64,000 bases of DNA from contig CM120649.1 of assembly GCA_051362555.1 (NCBI GenBank), positions 18,614,567-18,678,566 of the forward strand. The letters run 5' to 3'. Below the pieces are notes generated by a model that was not told where the DNA came from, ran no database searches, and saw only the letters and a list, made by a program, of their open reading frames with translations. Source of the DNA: Lingula anatina. Taxonomy: Eukaryota > Animalia > Brachiopoda. Shown here piece by piece: positions 37,943 through 53,615 of the stretch. Made by a program: the position numbers and the translations under genes. Every line of letters starts with the position of its first letter. Position 1 is the first letter of the stretch.

Positions 37943-40900
37943 AGTCACAGTAAATGTTCAAAGTATGTGTGCCTCAGGACCAACTCCATTACATGTAAAT
38001 TCAATGTCATTTATATATAACTACACAAAGAACCCCTTAGCCGATAAAATATCTTTCAGCAACACAGGGTGAATTTGTCAGATCTAAAATTTAAGTTTGG
38101 TATCACGTTAGAATGGTGCACAAACAAAAAATCTTGCTTTTTCCAAGAGCAGCCAATTATCTAAAATTTTTCTGTAAGATGAATTGAAAGATGAAATAAC
38201 AACAACAAAATATTTTCCTTTGTAAATTGAGGCTATTTTTAATTTTTTTTCAAATTTTTTAAACTTCCCAAGACATACTTCATTTGAAAAAGTCTATACT
38301 AAAGGCACCACTAACCTCCCCCCCCCCCCCAAAAAAAAAAAAAAAAAGAAAAAAAATCAAACCTTCAGAAATGTACTCTAAATACCAGCATCCCATCTGC
38401 AGGATATTTTCCACAGCAGGCAAATGCAAATCCTAATTATTTCAGATTTCCCACAAAATCAATAGCAGCATGATTTGATTTTAAGTTGGCTGTATATTGT
38501 GCCTCTGATAAGGCTCATTAGGTGCACTGTCTAGACCCAAGTCTATCATATGCTTCCATTATACAATATTTTGGCAATTTTGTCTCCTTATATTCCAATC
38601 AAATTGTTATTTTCATGCCACATAACCCATCAAACTTGGCATCAAAGTCTGGACCAAATGTTCATGCTGACTTGCTCTTAGGAATAAAAAAAGAGCCATT
38701 TACAAAATGACAACACAAAATGACCCATTCGAAAATCATCATTTAAATTTGTGTTCAGCAATGCCTTATTATAATTATGTACTATAGCTGTACTTATTAA
38801 GGGATTGGAGTTTTCAACAATATTTCCCTTCCAAAGTCATCCCCAAGATGTTTCCCATTATTCTTAAATTAATCTTTCCTCATTTCTGTATTATTTATAT
38901 GCATTTGAAGATAAAATTTAAAGATAAAATTCATCAGAATTGTGGAACCAGCCTATCTAAACAGTTTGTCATGAAATATCAATCACTTGCAGACAGACTA
39001 ATTAAAGCTATAAGAATATAAAACATCAATTTAAGGAATATTCTGACTACCAACGATAATCAGTCTTCCGACAAAGTAAATGTTCAAGCTATGATGTAAA
39101 AACATGCCGTAAATTACCATCATTTTTAGCAAAAATCTATGGCCATAATCCAAACTGTTTCAAGTCTGCATTATCTGTACCTGGGGCAATAACTTCCTTC
39201 TCCAGACATCACATGGACCTGTACTTTACAACAACGCAAACATTAAACCCAACCATTTCCCATTAAAACCCGACAAAACTGTCTGATCTGGAGACTTATT
39301 TTAACCCCCAAAAAGTAAGACAGAAAGATGCTTTCAGGGCAATTATGTTCTTTTTACTCAATAAAACATCAGTGATGCAATGTGTTAGCAACCTGGCCAT
39401 GAAGATTTGTCAGGAGGCACCAGAAGCAGACAGTTAATGTTCCAGAGGTACTTGCTCACGAGTCTTCGAATTTCAGAGTGCTTTTGTTCATATGAAAATC
39501 AACTGGATTTATTTTTCTGCTTTTAAACACTAATTTTGTGAAAAAAAGATAAAACCTTAACTTTTTTTATTTCAAAATGTATTTCCAAAAAAAAAAAAAA
39601 AGTACTGAACTTTTCTAATAAAACATTTGCAAAAATCTGATCTTACAAATCAATATCTCAAAAATCCAAAATCATCAAATCTGATTCACTTTTGTGAACC
39701 AATACCATATCACTGCAGCAGATTCACAGCCAGATAAAGAGTACTGACACCACCTGTCAAAGTTGCCTATAAAAACATGCAGTTACTGAACACTAATGAA
39801 TGTATGCTCCTCACTTCATGTGCATTCTTATATTCTGCACACCAGATGCATTTCCCACACTCATGGCACAACAGATAGAAGAGACACAATACCAAGAGAA
39901 CTTTCACCGACAAATATATTTACAGAGTGTCAAAAAATATTGACTGGCATGAAGGCTTAATTAGGTCCGTGCTGTTTCTAGATTGAGAAGTTTTGACGTG
40001 TATAGATTTTACCTTTCTCTCCCATATGTTTAACTCCCAGAGTTAAAACTATGTGATGTCAAAGCAGGATTAGATGCTTTTGTTAAAAAAATATTGTCAC
40101 TGCTTGTTAATTGTTATTATCATGCTTTTCAAACTGATTTTAAGATGATTTTTCAGTGGTGCACACACACACACACACACACACGCACACACAAAGATTC
40201 AGACATAAATGTCTTTCAACTCATTTTGGGATAATACTAACAAAAATACTTAGATATAATTAAGATTACCCTAAAAGTAAGAAAAATAACGTCAATAATT
40301 CAAGATCAATGTTAGTGACAGAGTAATTACCATTACTGTCACGTCACATTTTTTTCAACTACATGCCAACTTGTGAATGAAATGCCATGTATCATATTCT
40401 CAGAGATTATTCTTATCAGATAGCTGACAATTAAATTATTGATAGTGATGTAATTATCTTCTTTCCTTTGATACTGTACTGTAATTGATTTTATTCTAAA
40501 CGAATAAATTTTGTATTACTCACTCTCTAGAACGGTGGTGCACTGAAAAAATTCATTAGAAAAAAAATCCAAATGCATCTTTCATTTAGAAAGAATATGG
40601 CAGACCTAGAATTCATTCAACCACTTAGTCTATTGATCTTTGAGTAGGGCTTATCTTGACCAATAAGGGATGCAAGTGCCATCTTTGTTATTTTCCAAAA
40701 ACAAACCTCCTCAGTACACATGTACAGCTAACTATCATATTTTGCAAATATTTATAAACACAATAGACAATATTACCAGAAATACTTTTTTTTTTAAATC
40801 AAAGTTCACCTAAGAATTTTGTCCAGTGCTAATAAATGGGGCTATTATTGGGTAATAGAAGAAGTAAATTGAGTAGAAGCTAAAATCCCATTAATAGCCT

Positions 40901-42105
40901 GTTAATTGCATACTGTAACGTTATTGAAAGCAGATATAAATTGATCACACCATTAAGCTGGCCTCACATATCTTATCAATGGAAACGGGAGAGATGTATG
41001 GGAGGAAAAAAAGAACCTTCAATGGCATATAAATAATTTATTAATTCTTGCCTCAAGACAACTATTCATAGAATGTATTTGAGAGAAAAGAAAAGCAAAC
41101 TTGTATTTGACTTATTTCCTGTTAATCAGTTCTTACGTTGATGGCATCTGGCTTATTGCAAACACTGATACTGAATTCTCTGCTATTCAAGTATTTGATT
41201 TTTTCAACAGGCCCGTAGCCAGCAATTTAAAAGGGGGAAGGGTTCGTTTGAAATTACTGGAATCCAGCCTGTTAAAAAGTCAATGATATGCAAGTAAAGC
41301 AGAGCCGGTGGGGATTGGGGTGGTTCTTTTAACACCCCCTCCCACCCCCTATATCAGGCAAAGGTGTTTTATAAACAATTTGTGGGCCACAATAATGGGT
41401 ATTCAACCCAAAGGCAGGTATCTGAATTATCTAAGACCAGAATCTAGGGATTTAATTAGACCTTCATCACTGAGTCACAACAGATACATCTAAAAAATTT
41501 TTAAAAAATTTTGAAAAAAAAAAAAAAACTATCAATGCTGCCGTCTGCCTCATTGCCTGACTTTCAGCGTGTAGAATAATAACACAGCTTTGCGTGTCAA
41601 ATGTATCTTTTGGGATATCAAGATGGATGAAGCATGTGGTTTCTCTTCAATAATCAGTTTGGTTCGATGTTACTGCATGAGTGCTCTACTTTCAGGCAGT
41701 ATGTGGATTTGTTTTTGCTAGAAACAATGACAAATACTATGCTTTCTCTGCGGCTCTTCTTTTGGAGCCAATGGCATTTTGGTCAGATTAAAAACATGGA
41801 TCTGACATACGAAAGAATCTTATTATAACAACAATTACACATCTAAGAGCAAGATAATACAACAAAAATAAAACATAAAATGAAATAAAAAAGGAAATGT
41901 CTTAAATTTTTTCTACAGATGTTTTAAAAAATGCATGAATGTATTGCAGTGTGCCCTGTCACTAAGAAATCAGGGAAATGCCTTAATTACTACCCTCTTT
42001 CTCCTAAAACACTCTTGCGACCCCTCATTCCCACATTCATAGCCAAACATACCGTGCGAGCTTACACTCCCACAATCACAAGCAAACTCGCTGTGCGATC
42101 ACTAC

Positions 42106-42261
42106 CTTTTCTACGGGTTCCTCCTCCCAGTAATAAACTTTGAGAATTTCCTCCGAAAATGAAATATGTATCTGGCGGTTTTCCTTCCGCCCCCTCCAGT
42201 TCAGGGTCTGCCCCAGGGGCTCAGGCATGGTCAAGCTACGGCTCACTTTGGAATCACTCAT
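42106..42261 (-). CDS. Candidate alternative first exon (MSDSKVSR...EEEPVEK)
   Basis: ATG at 42261, open to AAG|gtagtg in phase 0. Locally GC-richer, with an X-box cluster 80-190 bp upstream. The donor is only moderate. Confidence 0.35.
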
Positions 42262-42338
42262 ATCCGAGACAGAGTCTTAAATTTTTTTTTCAGCCATTGG
42301 CACACATGTAGTTTGAAAAAAGTGACCTTCTTGCTTTG

Positions 42339-42447
42339 GTTTCCATGGTGACCTTTTTTCTATGGTAACTTTGTTACCATGGAGATGTTGTCAGCCATTT
42401 TTGGCAAAGAGCATCAGTTATGGTTTCTACTTTGTGACCATGGTAAC
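42339..42447. promoter_or_regulatory. Cluster of RFX X-box-like palindromes
   Basis: GTTTCCATGGTGAC (42339-42352), GTTACCATGGAGAT (42373-42386) and GTGACCATGGTAAC (42434-42447) resemble GTTGCCATGGCAAC. Confidence 0.45.
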
Positions 42448-45400
42448 ATAAACATCCCCTTCACTCAGTTTTCTTTTTCCAATATTGAAAGATAATGCAA
42501 AAAACACAGAAGCTGGCTGAAGATGTATAAAAAAGAGTATAATACTTATCTGACAATATCTGTCCACATGTAACACCTTGGATTATCAGCTGTTTCATTG
42601 TAAAGAACAGAACACAAGGACTGTGTCACCATTGTTAATTTAACCCTTGGGTACTTCCTGGGAAACAACAGGTGACCCTTTGCTGGCAAGTGACACTGTA
42701 ATAATAGAGACAGTTCTTTGGCTTTCACAGCACAATGCAATATCCCTGGTAAAACTACATGTGGCTCTATCACATGGCCTATACAAGTGCCAATTGCTTT
42801 TGTATCTGGATGGTAGCTTGGTATCTTTAGCTGCAGACTGTATTCCAATAGTCTGCCATTACTTATGCTCTGTCCCAAGGCAACTTGATCACACTGTGCT
42901 GTATTTCTTATGGCAATTGGTACCTTTGAAAATCCTTTGGTGATTTGGGCCTATACAATGCACAGGACGGCCGGAACACCGTCCCTCTGCAACCTTGCAC
43001 ATATAGAATTAACCTATCTGGTTCTCTCGCACTGCAATTTCCCTCAGTACTCACTCAAACATGGTGCTATGTACCTATAACATCGCCTTGGTTATACATG
43101 GCAGTGCAGCACCACATCTTCAACAGTGAGAAAAAAAATGAAAAACCGCATTAATTCCTCCAGATCAGTAGCTGGAGGAATTTACAGTACAGGATCCTGC
43201 AGTCTTTCTGGTTTACAGAGAATTAACTCACACACCACAAATTTCATGTGGACTTGCTGGATTTATCACCCTTTCTTCCCCAAGTCCTAGAAAACCAACT
43301 GTTACACTAATTGTCCCTGTGTATAGGTATTTAACACCTGGGCTTTGTTTACTTGCTATATCTCCAATTGCTACTGCAGCTAATAAGAATGAGGAAGTCG
43401 AGCTATAACCAATTTAAACCTCGAACTGCCGCTTCTTCTCTCCATTGCTCAGGTGGTATTAAGCAATGAAACATTTCAGGAAGAGGAAATGAAAATTTGG
43501 GGGCATACATCTTTGAAAGGTCTTGTAAATGCTACCTAATTGATAAGGTTACCATTTACCAAAACTACTACATCTCATGTCTTGTTTACGAAACAAGACT
43601 ATTAGGCAGCAAGTTGGTCCTATTCCCAGACGGGCGCAGTATTTATCGGTAGCTTTAGGTACTGCGAGATGGAAAATTGAGCATCTGGACTCCTTCTGAG
43701 TTTACCTGCCATAGAGATGGATGTTTGGACGCATGTGGTGTTGATCAGCCAGTACATCAAATGGTATGGCCTCAGAGATATTGTAGCTAATTGCATATCA
43801 GGTAGCTATAGACTTGAGAGCACCTGCAACCCTAATTATATTATCACCAACCAGTCTTAAAGCTATTCTTAACAAATATACACAGAACTCCCGACTGTGA
43901 GCCCTTGTTCGATGAAATTAAGTTGTCTGATTTCTTCTTCAGTTTTTTTTTTTTCAATCCACAATCACTTTAGTGTAAGGTAATTCAAATATACTATAAC
44001 ATCCTTCTTGTTGTAGAAGTACCAATCCAATCCAAGATTCATCTGAATGTTTTAAATTCTTGATGATAGAGAGATTTATTTTTCATCTTGTCTCTTGCGC
44101 TGAAATCTGAGTATTCTCAAACCACAACAAGTCCATTTCCTGAGCAACAATCTAGGGGGATCTTCACCAATCAAATGTGTCTTCACCAAACCCAGTGCCT
44201 CGGAAAGCATGTACTAGCTTTAGTATAATTTAAAACTCTATTACACAAGCATCAGGCAGGATCCTCCCATGCACCTTACCTACAGTTCTCCTTGAAATAA
44301 ATCACTGGAAATTCCTGCTCATTTGTATCAACAATTGTACCTTATGTTCCAATTCTGAATCTTCAAACTAAGACTTCATCTCATTTATCACGTGACTGCT
44401 TTAAATGCAAGTATGTACCACAGCAGAAAAATAATCACATTTCTCACTGAAGCTGTGTTAAAGTCTTGGAAATTCAAGTCCAAATGATATGTCCTTCAAC
44501 ATCTATCTGCCAATTAAAACATCAAATACTCCTGTACAATATGACCACCAGTGTCTTGTCACAAGTCACCCACTGTATATAATCACAGTAGTTCTGACAT
44601 CAGTTTAGACCATGGATAATGATAAACTGCCATCATACAAAAATAATAATAATAATAAGAAGAAGAAGAAGAAAAAATATAGAAAAATCCTTCACAGACC
44701 ATCAAAAAGAGCAAATGCTTCATAAAAATGCATATGGTCTTCCAACGTGACAGAAATCAGGAACATTCCCCAAACCAGTTTCAAGTTAGTGATATACTAT
44801 GAAACATTAGTAGTTTGGCTGCAAATGTTGAGCGAAAAATACCAGAAACTTCAATTCAATCAAATCCCACTGCGCCTGCCTTCTAGAATGAATAGACATT
44901 TCACATTGCTGTCTTATGCCGTGGCACAAAAGACAAAAAAATGCACTTTCTTTCGATTTAATGTTTTTGTAATTTGGGATTCCAAGGCAAGTACTATCAC
45001 AGTGCAATACCTTTCATCGTCTTTGCGGCACACTCAGTATCAGCTGTGCAGAATAAAGTAACCTAATTTGAACACAAAAAAGTGATCATGTTTTTCCATA
45101 ATCACAGCAATAATGCCCATGGGGCAAAACTTGTCTCCCATTCTAACTGATTACGGAAAATTAATCACGAAACAAATGTGTCAAGTTTCATGTCAGGGGA
45201 AAATAACGAGTGACTAAGAAGTCTCATCTCTTTAAAAGGTGACATAAGGTTGTTTTTACTTAGAATATGATATCCTATTATTTCTCAGCTTCAGAATGAG
45301 ACACTATTTTTTTTTTAAATAAAATTTTCTGATCATGTTTAAATATCCCTAGTAGATTTCTGATCCATGAGAATTTTATTCAACTAAAGAACACAACTGA

Positions 45401-45794
45401 ATGTAGCTCTGTAAATTTTGCTCATACCATACTGAATTCATGAAATTTGGGTTAAAAAAGGAAATAAAAATCCGCTAAAATTTCTTACATTCCTTTATTA
45501 TTTTTTTTTTTCATTATAACATGCACTTCCATCACATCGTGACAATCTCCCAATCATAATGCTATGAGATGTCTTGTTGCAAAATCTGATATTCTTCCTT
45601 CTTATTTCCTGTGGCAGAAATCAATTTCGAGTTTCTGTTTCAGAGTCAATAATGCATGGGCCGAGATGTTCATTAAATGGTTTACTTTCAATGGGAGACG
45701 GACTCCCAGAGAGCAATTTATTCTATGGTACATGGCTGAGATTTGGTACAGACAATCTAGGTACAAGCAGAGAAATCTGGTTTATTAAAAAGAA

Positions 45795-45834
<40 letters not shown>

Positions 45835-47372
45835 CACAGCACATTCTTCACTGAACACATGCCATCTAGCAATGCATCTCCCTAATATTAACAGCAAAAG
45901 AGAAAAAAATAAATACGTTCACAAACTCATTTATTCTCTTTTCTATTTATTTTCCCCCATTAATACAAGATATTAGAACAGATTTTTGCAACAAAAAGCC
46001 TATCTCCTTTCAACACAAAAAACCATTTTTTTAGCCCAACCAACAAAATAAATGGGTACATTGTCTGCAACAAAGACACTATCAGCTATGAAGTTCACTC
46101 TTTATTGGTTTATGAAATTCAGGAAGTCTCAACCTAGCTAGCTCCAATATATGACAGGCTAGAAAGTCCCTTGGAATTTTAATTATCATGTATACTCTTA
46201 GAAATAACAAGCTATATTGGGATTCAAGTGGTTACTAGATGTTTTTCTATAATGATTGACTGACAGTTCAAATGTAAGGAACAGCCCTTAGCAAAATGAA
46301 AAGTTTACAGAAAAATTGCAGAATGGGTTTGCAGGGGTTTGCGAGAAAAACTTTATTGCTGCTAATTTGTAGCCATACTGCAGCAAATTTGCAGCAGGCC
46401 TGATAAAGGACAATCAAGGCTGGTCTAAAGCTGGACACTGCAAGAATCTGGGACCATGATGAATTTAAACAAAGCAGGCACGTAGCTGTTTCTGCTGAGG
46501 TTCTTTAAATATGGAGTGGTACACTTACCATGTAAGCAATACAGTCTGTTGATTAGACAATTTAAGTGCACCAAATTTGGCCATCTGATGGCAAAAGTAA
46601 GGCCAACATCTGGTCTTAAGACTTTGATCGCAGTGGGATGATCATAGTGGGATCTCTCTCTGAATGAAGTCATATTAAGAGATTAATGAAGCTTCCTCTT
46701 GTTTCTAACACACTCCTACAATCACCAGCTTTTCTGTATTCTACTCAATGCAAGGTGGTGCATTAACCTGATTGTATTCAGCAAATCGGTGTGGAATCAA
46801 TCTACCTAGATCAATAGTTTTATTGGGAATGAGCCCTCATACATACACCTGACTTGGAAATGACAGAAAACTCCAGAACTACTGCTTATTTCGATCCCTG
46901 ACGATAAAACCATCAGGTTGGCCAGGTTGATAGCTGTAGGTGTATTACTCATTTTCCACAATAACAAACATGACAAGATGGTATTCTATCCCTAGTTGAC
47001 TACTTAATAATGAGGTTAGCTCTCAAAAGTGAGGTTAGCTCTCTGTTTTTTTTTTTTTTTAATTCTACCTAGAACAAAGGCTGTGGTCTGGAGCTTCATA
47101 GATCAGGCTGGTGTTTTACCCGTGGGGATTCAATTTTCTGAACAATAGTACTGTGGAGGTGTTTTGCTGCTCAATAACAAACCTCGATGTTGGTCTTTGG
47201 CATTTACAAAAAAAAAAAAAAAAAAAAAAAAAAATAGTAGATTGCGATTCCCAGACCAATTAAATCAATGTTTATTAAAATCTGCAAATTTTGTTAAGTT
47301 TGAAGACAACCCAAAAAATACCTTTAAAACCCTGCCAGTATTGCCATTGCCCCATAGAAACAAAAATGGAAC

Positions 47373-47406
<34 letters not shown>

Positions 47407-49108
47407 CAGATTTTGATTCAATCTTAAAATCTCTTGAGAAGAACTTTTTCTTTCCAAGAACCCTTTCTTTTGATTTGTACAGTATAATCAAGATACTGTC
47501 CTAATGGGACATCATTTGAATTCAATATACCATGAAAAGACTGCCAAAATGGAAATAATCATTACGGTAGATACTCATTAATTTCAAACACAACGGAAGG
47601 ATCATATATCTTAAAACAATGTTTTTGTGAAAATTTAAATTGATACTTCATAAAACATCCTTAAAAGTGAGCTGTATACAGTAACTGAAAGTGTCAAATC
47701 ATGACAGAAAAAATAAAACACTGAAAAAAAAAAGTTGTTTGAAAATTGTGAATGAATACCACACCACAAACAGACAGCAACTTGATGGGTAGATATAATG
47801 GCTAAAGTCTTGGCTTTCTCATATTCTAAATCCAATATTTTAGTTTTAATCATCTTCAAAGCGCCCTGAAGCCTGCAGGTCATCTCCCCGGCTGAACTGT
47901 GATTATGCATTCACTGATACCTCAACATGCTCTCAGGTATTACTAATACACTTCATGGTATACCTTAGAGACTGCTGATATGTATAAAAACCAACGTTAA
48001 ATCTGGTTAATCTATTTATCTAGAGATAAGTAAGATAGAAGAGGAACATCAACAGTGATACAAACAAGGGGAAGGTGGAATGGCATCTACGGAGACATCA
48101 GCCTCCCTGAACTGACCTAATTAGGACTATCAAAAATATTTTACATTAATCCCAGACTTATAGCATCCTTTATATGTGTGCAATGTCCAATTTTGCTTTA
48201 TTAATATTTCACTCCAATTCAAAATCTACTAAATATGTTAAGGGGACTTCAAAACCACAACAGTTTAAATAAGTTTCTTAAATTCAGTCAAAATGGATCC
48301 AGTTATTAAAAGAAAGGTTAACAAATTTATGCTAGGCACTCTTACTTGAGTGCTTTTACTCTTAAATTTTGGCATTTTGCCGAATGATTTAATATTTATA
48401 TGTTAAAAAATTAACTAAAAAAAATTAATTAAAACAAAAACAATCACATTCTTCAAAAGCATTCTAGAAAGCACTTCAGAAAAAAAGTCGATAAAAAGAT
48501 GACAGCTCCCAGTTAGCCCTTAATTGACACTTACAAATAAACACGTATCTCTTGAACACTAAGGCAGTTAATCAAGCATATTCTCATTAAGGCAGCTTTC
48601 TTCTGCTTCACTAACTACCATCAACAATCATTTCATTAAACAACTATGATCAATACTAGTTGTAGAGAAGTCCCAATCTGTTATGGTATGCCATAGCATT
48701 CAAAGAAACATAGTGTTGGAGCTACTCAAAAAAAATATTTTTTGGCTTAAAAGAAAATTGTAATGTTCTGATAGTGTCAAAAAATGACTATTTAAATCAG
48801 ATTATTACGAGAAATTATTATTTCATAAATTAAATTTCAGAAGTTGCTCCCACTTCTTTCATCTTTTCTGATAAACAGTTTCTGAAGAACATTGTTCCTA
48901 CTTCTTTCTTCTTGTTTGATAAACAGTTTCTGAAGTATTTCTATGGAAAACATTAAATGATATATAGGGATACAGATCACTGGATAGTACTGCAAACACA
49001 TTATCTGAGCAAACCAAAACTCCCTCTGGCAGCGAGCAATGTGCTATGTTGTGAAACTACCTCAACAAACACAATGTCAATTCCTTCTCAGTCACAACTG
49101 TCACAATC

Positions 49109-49246
<138 letters not shown>

Positions 49247-50830
49247 ACCTGTACATAATCCATGAACCACCAAAAAGCTATCATTTCAATGGTGTGTTTC
49301 TGGATCATCTGGTGGCGAGAAAGGTCTTCATTGCCCAGCAGAAGGCACCGTCTTCTCCTGTGCATATTGACATCCTTCTCCACTGACTATGACTGGATAA
49401 GAACCTTCTAGAATGGAGTTTTTTTTTTATTGCTAAAATATCAGCACTGTTATTGATATTCAGTTAACAATCTTTCCCACTCTGCAATCCCTATAATTTT
49501 TCATGCATTTTCTTCGATGATCACAGCTCCTTTTGGTAATTGTCTCGAGCATTCGAAGCACAAGTTTTTGGCTTCTGTCTTGTAGTGCTCAAGGAGTTGG
49601 CTTTATTGCCCTTTTGTCATCCAGTCCTTAGTTTTCATCTCAATGAAAGCTATGTCACAAGAACCATGCCCAACATGGTACCATTCACCTCATGTTATCC
49701 TCTAGACATTATTGAAACATTTTTCAATTAGCAACTAGTCCTTCCAGTCACCATGGCATAAATCTGTATTAACAGTTGTCATAAAACAGGACAGTGCTCA
49801 AAATTGTCTAACTCCTTACAAACAACAGAGTAACACCTGTAAAACAATAGAAATCTGTCCTAAAGAATCTGCAAAAATACACATAGAATACCCGTCAATG
49901 CGTATAGAGTCGGAACATCCGTAATTCACTGGTCCCCAGGTTTCCAAACACCTGCTCTGTTTCATTCCTCAGACTATCCAGCTGTTCACCAACCAAGATA
50001 TCATCTCCAATTCAGAATGGGTGAATGATTTAGTGCTGTAATGCCAATAATGGTTGGAGGCTACATGTATATGAATACGAAGAGTATGCTCATATTTGAC
50101 AAGTGCGCCAGGGTCACATAAGGGCAGTTCTGTCCTCCTTCCTTCACAATTCCAAGACTTCCTTTACCTTGACAATGTTGACTGTAACAGAGTAACCGCA
50201 CCTTTGATATTCTCTAAACATGTGGTGGGTTCAGCACTGCCAGTCAGGTTTCAAAATATATGCATATATCAAAGCTTTCTTTGAAAACAAGACATGTTCA
50301 ATCTCAAAAACCATCGGCACCTTTGGACGCAGTATCCTTCCTGGACATTGCTGATAAACTTTTGGGTCACCTTTCTTTTGATGCTTTATCACGTCTGAGG
50401 ATTTTTATTAACAGAGAAGGGAAGTCGCCTGTCAGTCTGCTGATTTATGCCTGATTATTGGCCTCTTCTCCATGACATGGAAATCCACTTGCAGATCGAT
50501 TTAAAGCAGGCAGATCCCAACCAGAATTCACTTGGGGATGACACGATGGGACACTAATATATATATGTCACAATAAGGTCAGGGCCGCTGTCTCTTTCTT
50601 TTTTCAAATAACCTTTTACAGCTGATTAAATGTCAATTCCAGCATTAACTTAATCAAGCAGACCACTAATTGCTGTTCAATTTACAACGACACTGGGTTC
50701 AATCCCTGAGAACACAGGGCAACAACCTTATCACTGGAGAGGGCAGAAGATATAGATGCCTATGGGTCTGGTAATTCCATTAAAATACACTGACAACATT
50801 GACCCAAATGTCACTTATGAAAGCTACATA

Positions 50831-50866
<36 letters not shown>

Positions 50867-51279
50867 AAGGACTTCCTATCTTTATTCCAATCTCAGTTAC
50901 AATCCCATTTTTTTGTATCCAAAACAGGCCATTTTGTTCAATTTCTCTAATTGCCTGTGCTCCCAGAGGAGTTTGATTTTGAAAATTGAATTTTGTTTTC
51001 TAGTTACGGCTGTCATACTTGTTTCTCCCTAATTTTAGATATGCATCTTTATTTAAGTTTGCATGGTTTGCTTCACTAAGCGAAAGTCAATGTTTGCAAA
51101 AGTCAGTTTCTAGCCATAAAAAATTCAAAAACTGCTTGAAATCCATCAAACATGAAGAAATAGCAAACATTGTCTCTTGGTTAATAGCCAAAACTATACT
51201 TTTGTTAAGAGTGAAAGACTACAATTCTAAAAATATTTTGTTTTCATTTTTCCCCTGGTTAACAGCACCCTTAAATCTA

Positions 51280-51310
<31 letters not shown>

Positions 51311-51716
51311 ACCTCCATATATGTTCTATACCAAATCTAATACTCCTCTACACTACGAGAATGTTCCTATCTTCCACCTCTTGAAAATGATATTTTCCTA
51401 ATTGACACGCCATTCCCGTGTTTCCTGACAGTAACATTCTGGTAAACAGCATGTTCACACAAGTATCTTAACAGAACTATTTGACCGAAATAACCCTAAT
51501 AAAAGGTGCTGTGCCAATTTCCTTGCTATGTGGCTTAAATTATTCTACCTGGGTAACACATCTTTGATGTGATGCATCAACTGGCATTCTTCCAACGACC
51601 TTTACAACTCAATTCACTAATTTAGGTTTTTACCTCAGTTTCATTTTACTGCCAAGTGTCTTTTACTGTTGAACGTAAATGCTTTTGAGTGTTGAATTTC
51701 TAAGAATAGCAAGTTA

Positions 51717-51970
51717 GGGTCCATTCCCAACAAAACTATTATTCTATATAGATTGATTCAACTCCGTGGGGACTCGATGAATACAATCAGATTAACACAC
51801 CTCTTTTTATTTCCAATGTACTCATAAAATCACCAGTTTTTTTGTATTTTATTCAACTTCAGGAGGAGGAATGTTAATCTCTTAATCTGACTGCATTCAG
51901 CAAGAGTCCCAGCAGAGCTGGATCAATTTACATTTCTATGTTTCATGGTTATTTTATTGGGAATGAGCCT
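51717..51970 (+). mobile_element. MITE family B-related subfamily (similar pieces at about 46680-46838 and 57283-57440)
   Basis: cattcccaacaaaacta / ttattttattgggaatg ends. Shared core aatcaccag(c/t)ttttctgtatt. Confidence 0.6.
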
Positions 51971-53574
51971 CTAAACAACATCTTTGTATATTTCATCCAC
52001 TTAGAACCACTACATTGGCACAAAACTAGAATGCACTGGTTGACATTTGGGTCTTCTCTTTACTCAAGGGGAGTATTCTCAGTGCTTAAGACTTGAAAAC
52101 CTCACGTGTCAGTCCTAGCATACAGTATATGTGGAATACTATGAATGAAAAATTGATCAAAAATGTACCAGGATACCATGCAAGTATCGCCTGATGTTGC
52201 CAAGGTAATAACCAAGCAAAATCAGCTGTTGGGCTCAATGGCACCTTAAATCAAGAAAAAAATATCTTCATAGGAACAAAAATTTGTAGGTTCCACAACT
52301 AATCCTGAACTAAATACAATCCAAATGGCCAAGAGCACCAGTTTTGTTAGGCAATGATAAATGTCTAATGAAGAACTGAAAATATTGTATTTCAATGACA
52401 GTTCAAGCATTTTTTTTCCAGGCAGAATAAAACTAATTTTCTAGGAAACTAAGCACACTTTCCAAAAGACCAAGCACGGGTATACTCCACTCCCCACTAC
52501 AAGCAGGTAATCAATGTCCACAAGTATTGACCAGTTTAAAGAGGAATTTGCCAATAATAATTTCTGGTTTCTTCACCAACAGACCAATAACACAAAGATA
52601 CCAATGCATTCCATTAAAACCACATTCAATATTATTTTTCTCTGTAGAAAAACATGACTTCGCAACATAAATCTAGGCCCAAAACTGAAACAATTTTTGA
52701 CTAGTTCAATACACGAAGGTTCAATATTCAAACTCACGCAATGTGGTAGAAAACCCAAAACCATGGTCTCCACTGGATGTGTTTTTCCAGAGTCAAATGT
52801 GTCTGGATGTGACACATCTCACCTAACACAATGATGTAGCTTTGCTCACAGGTCAGATTAGTTTCAGTCCAGATCACAGATGTTTTGTTCTTTAAAATGA
52901 CATTGAAAAACAAATTAACAAACAATTATCAATTTATTTGTCTAAGGAGATAAACAAAAGTTGTCTTAATGCAAAATCAATTTACTAAGTCAAACACTAG
53001 TTGCATGCACGTACATGTAAAGTGCTGACAATATTCAATAGAACATACACACACACATTGTCACATACCAAACAGTGTACACAATCAACATTATAAGCCT
53101 TCCCATTCAATTCTTCACCACCTGGTAATACTATTATCAATAACCCGGGTCTCTGGAGTGACGACTTGCAGGGCACTTACAAGGGTAATTACACAAACAG
53201 TCTTCAAAGACTACTCATCAGTTATCTGTAATACGTGAAGTTGATTCCAAAAAAACTATTTGAATACCAGAGGGATTGAAGAACTGCAATACTTCATGTA
53301 TATAAACATATCACATTTACTGTTGTAATTAATACCCATAGTGGAAAGCTAGAAACATTTAACAAGATTCTTCTCCTTTATTTATTCAATTCAGCTAAAC
53401 CAGTCTGCGTCCCTAAATGGATATATTTGATAACAGGAAGTCATGATGACTTCAGGGAAAAAAAAACAAAAAAACTGATGATAAAGTCCCTGTATCCCAA
53501 GGTAAATGGAGTAAAATGGAGTATTTACTTTAAGAAAAGAAATTCTACAGCATAAATCTGTGATAGCGCGGGCG

Positions 53575-53576
53575 CA

Positions 53577-53613
<37 letters not shown>
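53575..53613. repeat. (CA)n microsatellite
   Basis: Directly visible. Similar (TG)n at 2279-2308 and (CA)n at about 40161-40193. Confidence 0.9.
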
Positions 53614-53615
<2 letters not shown>

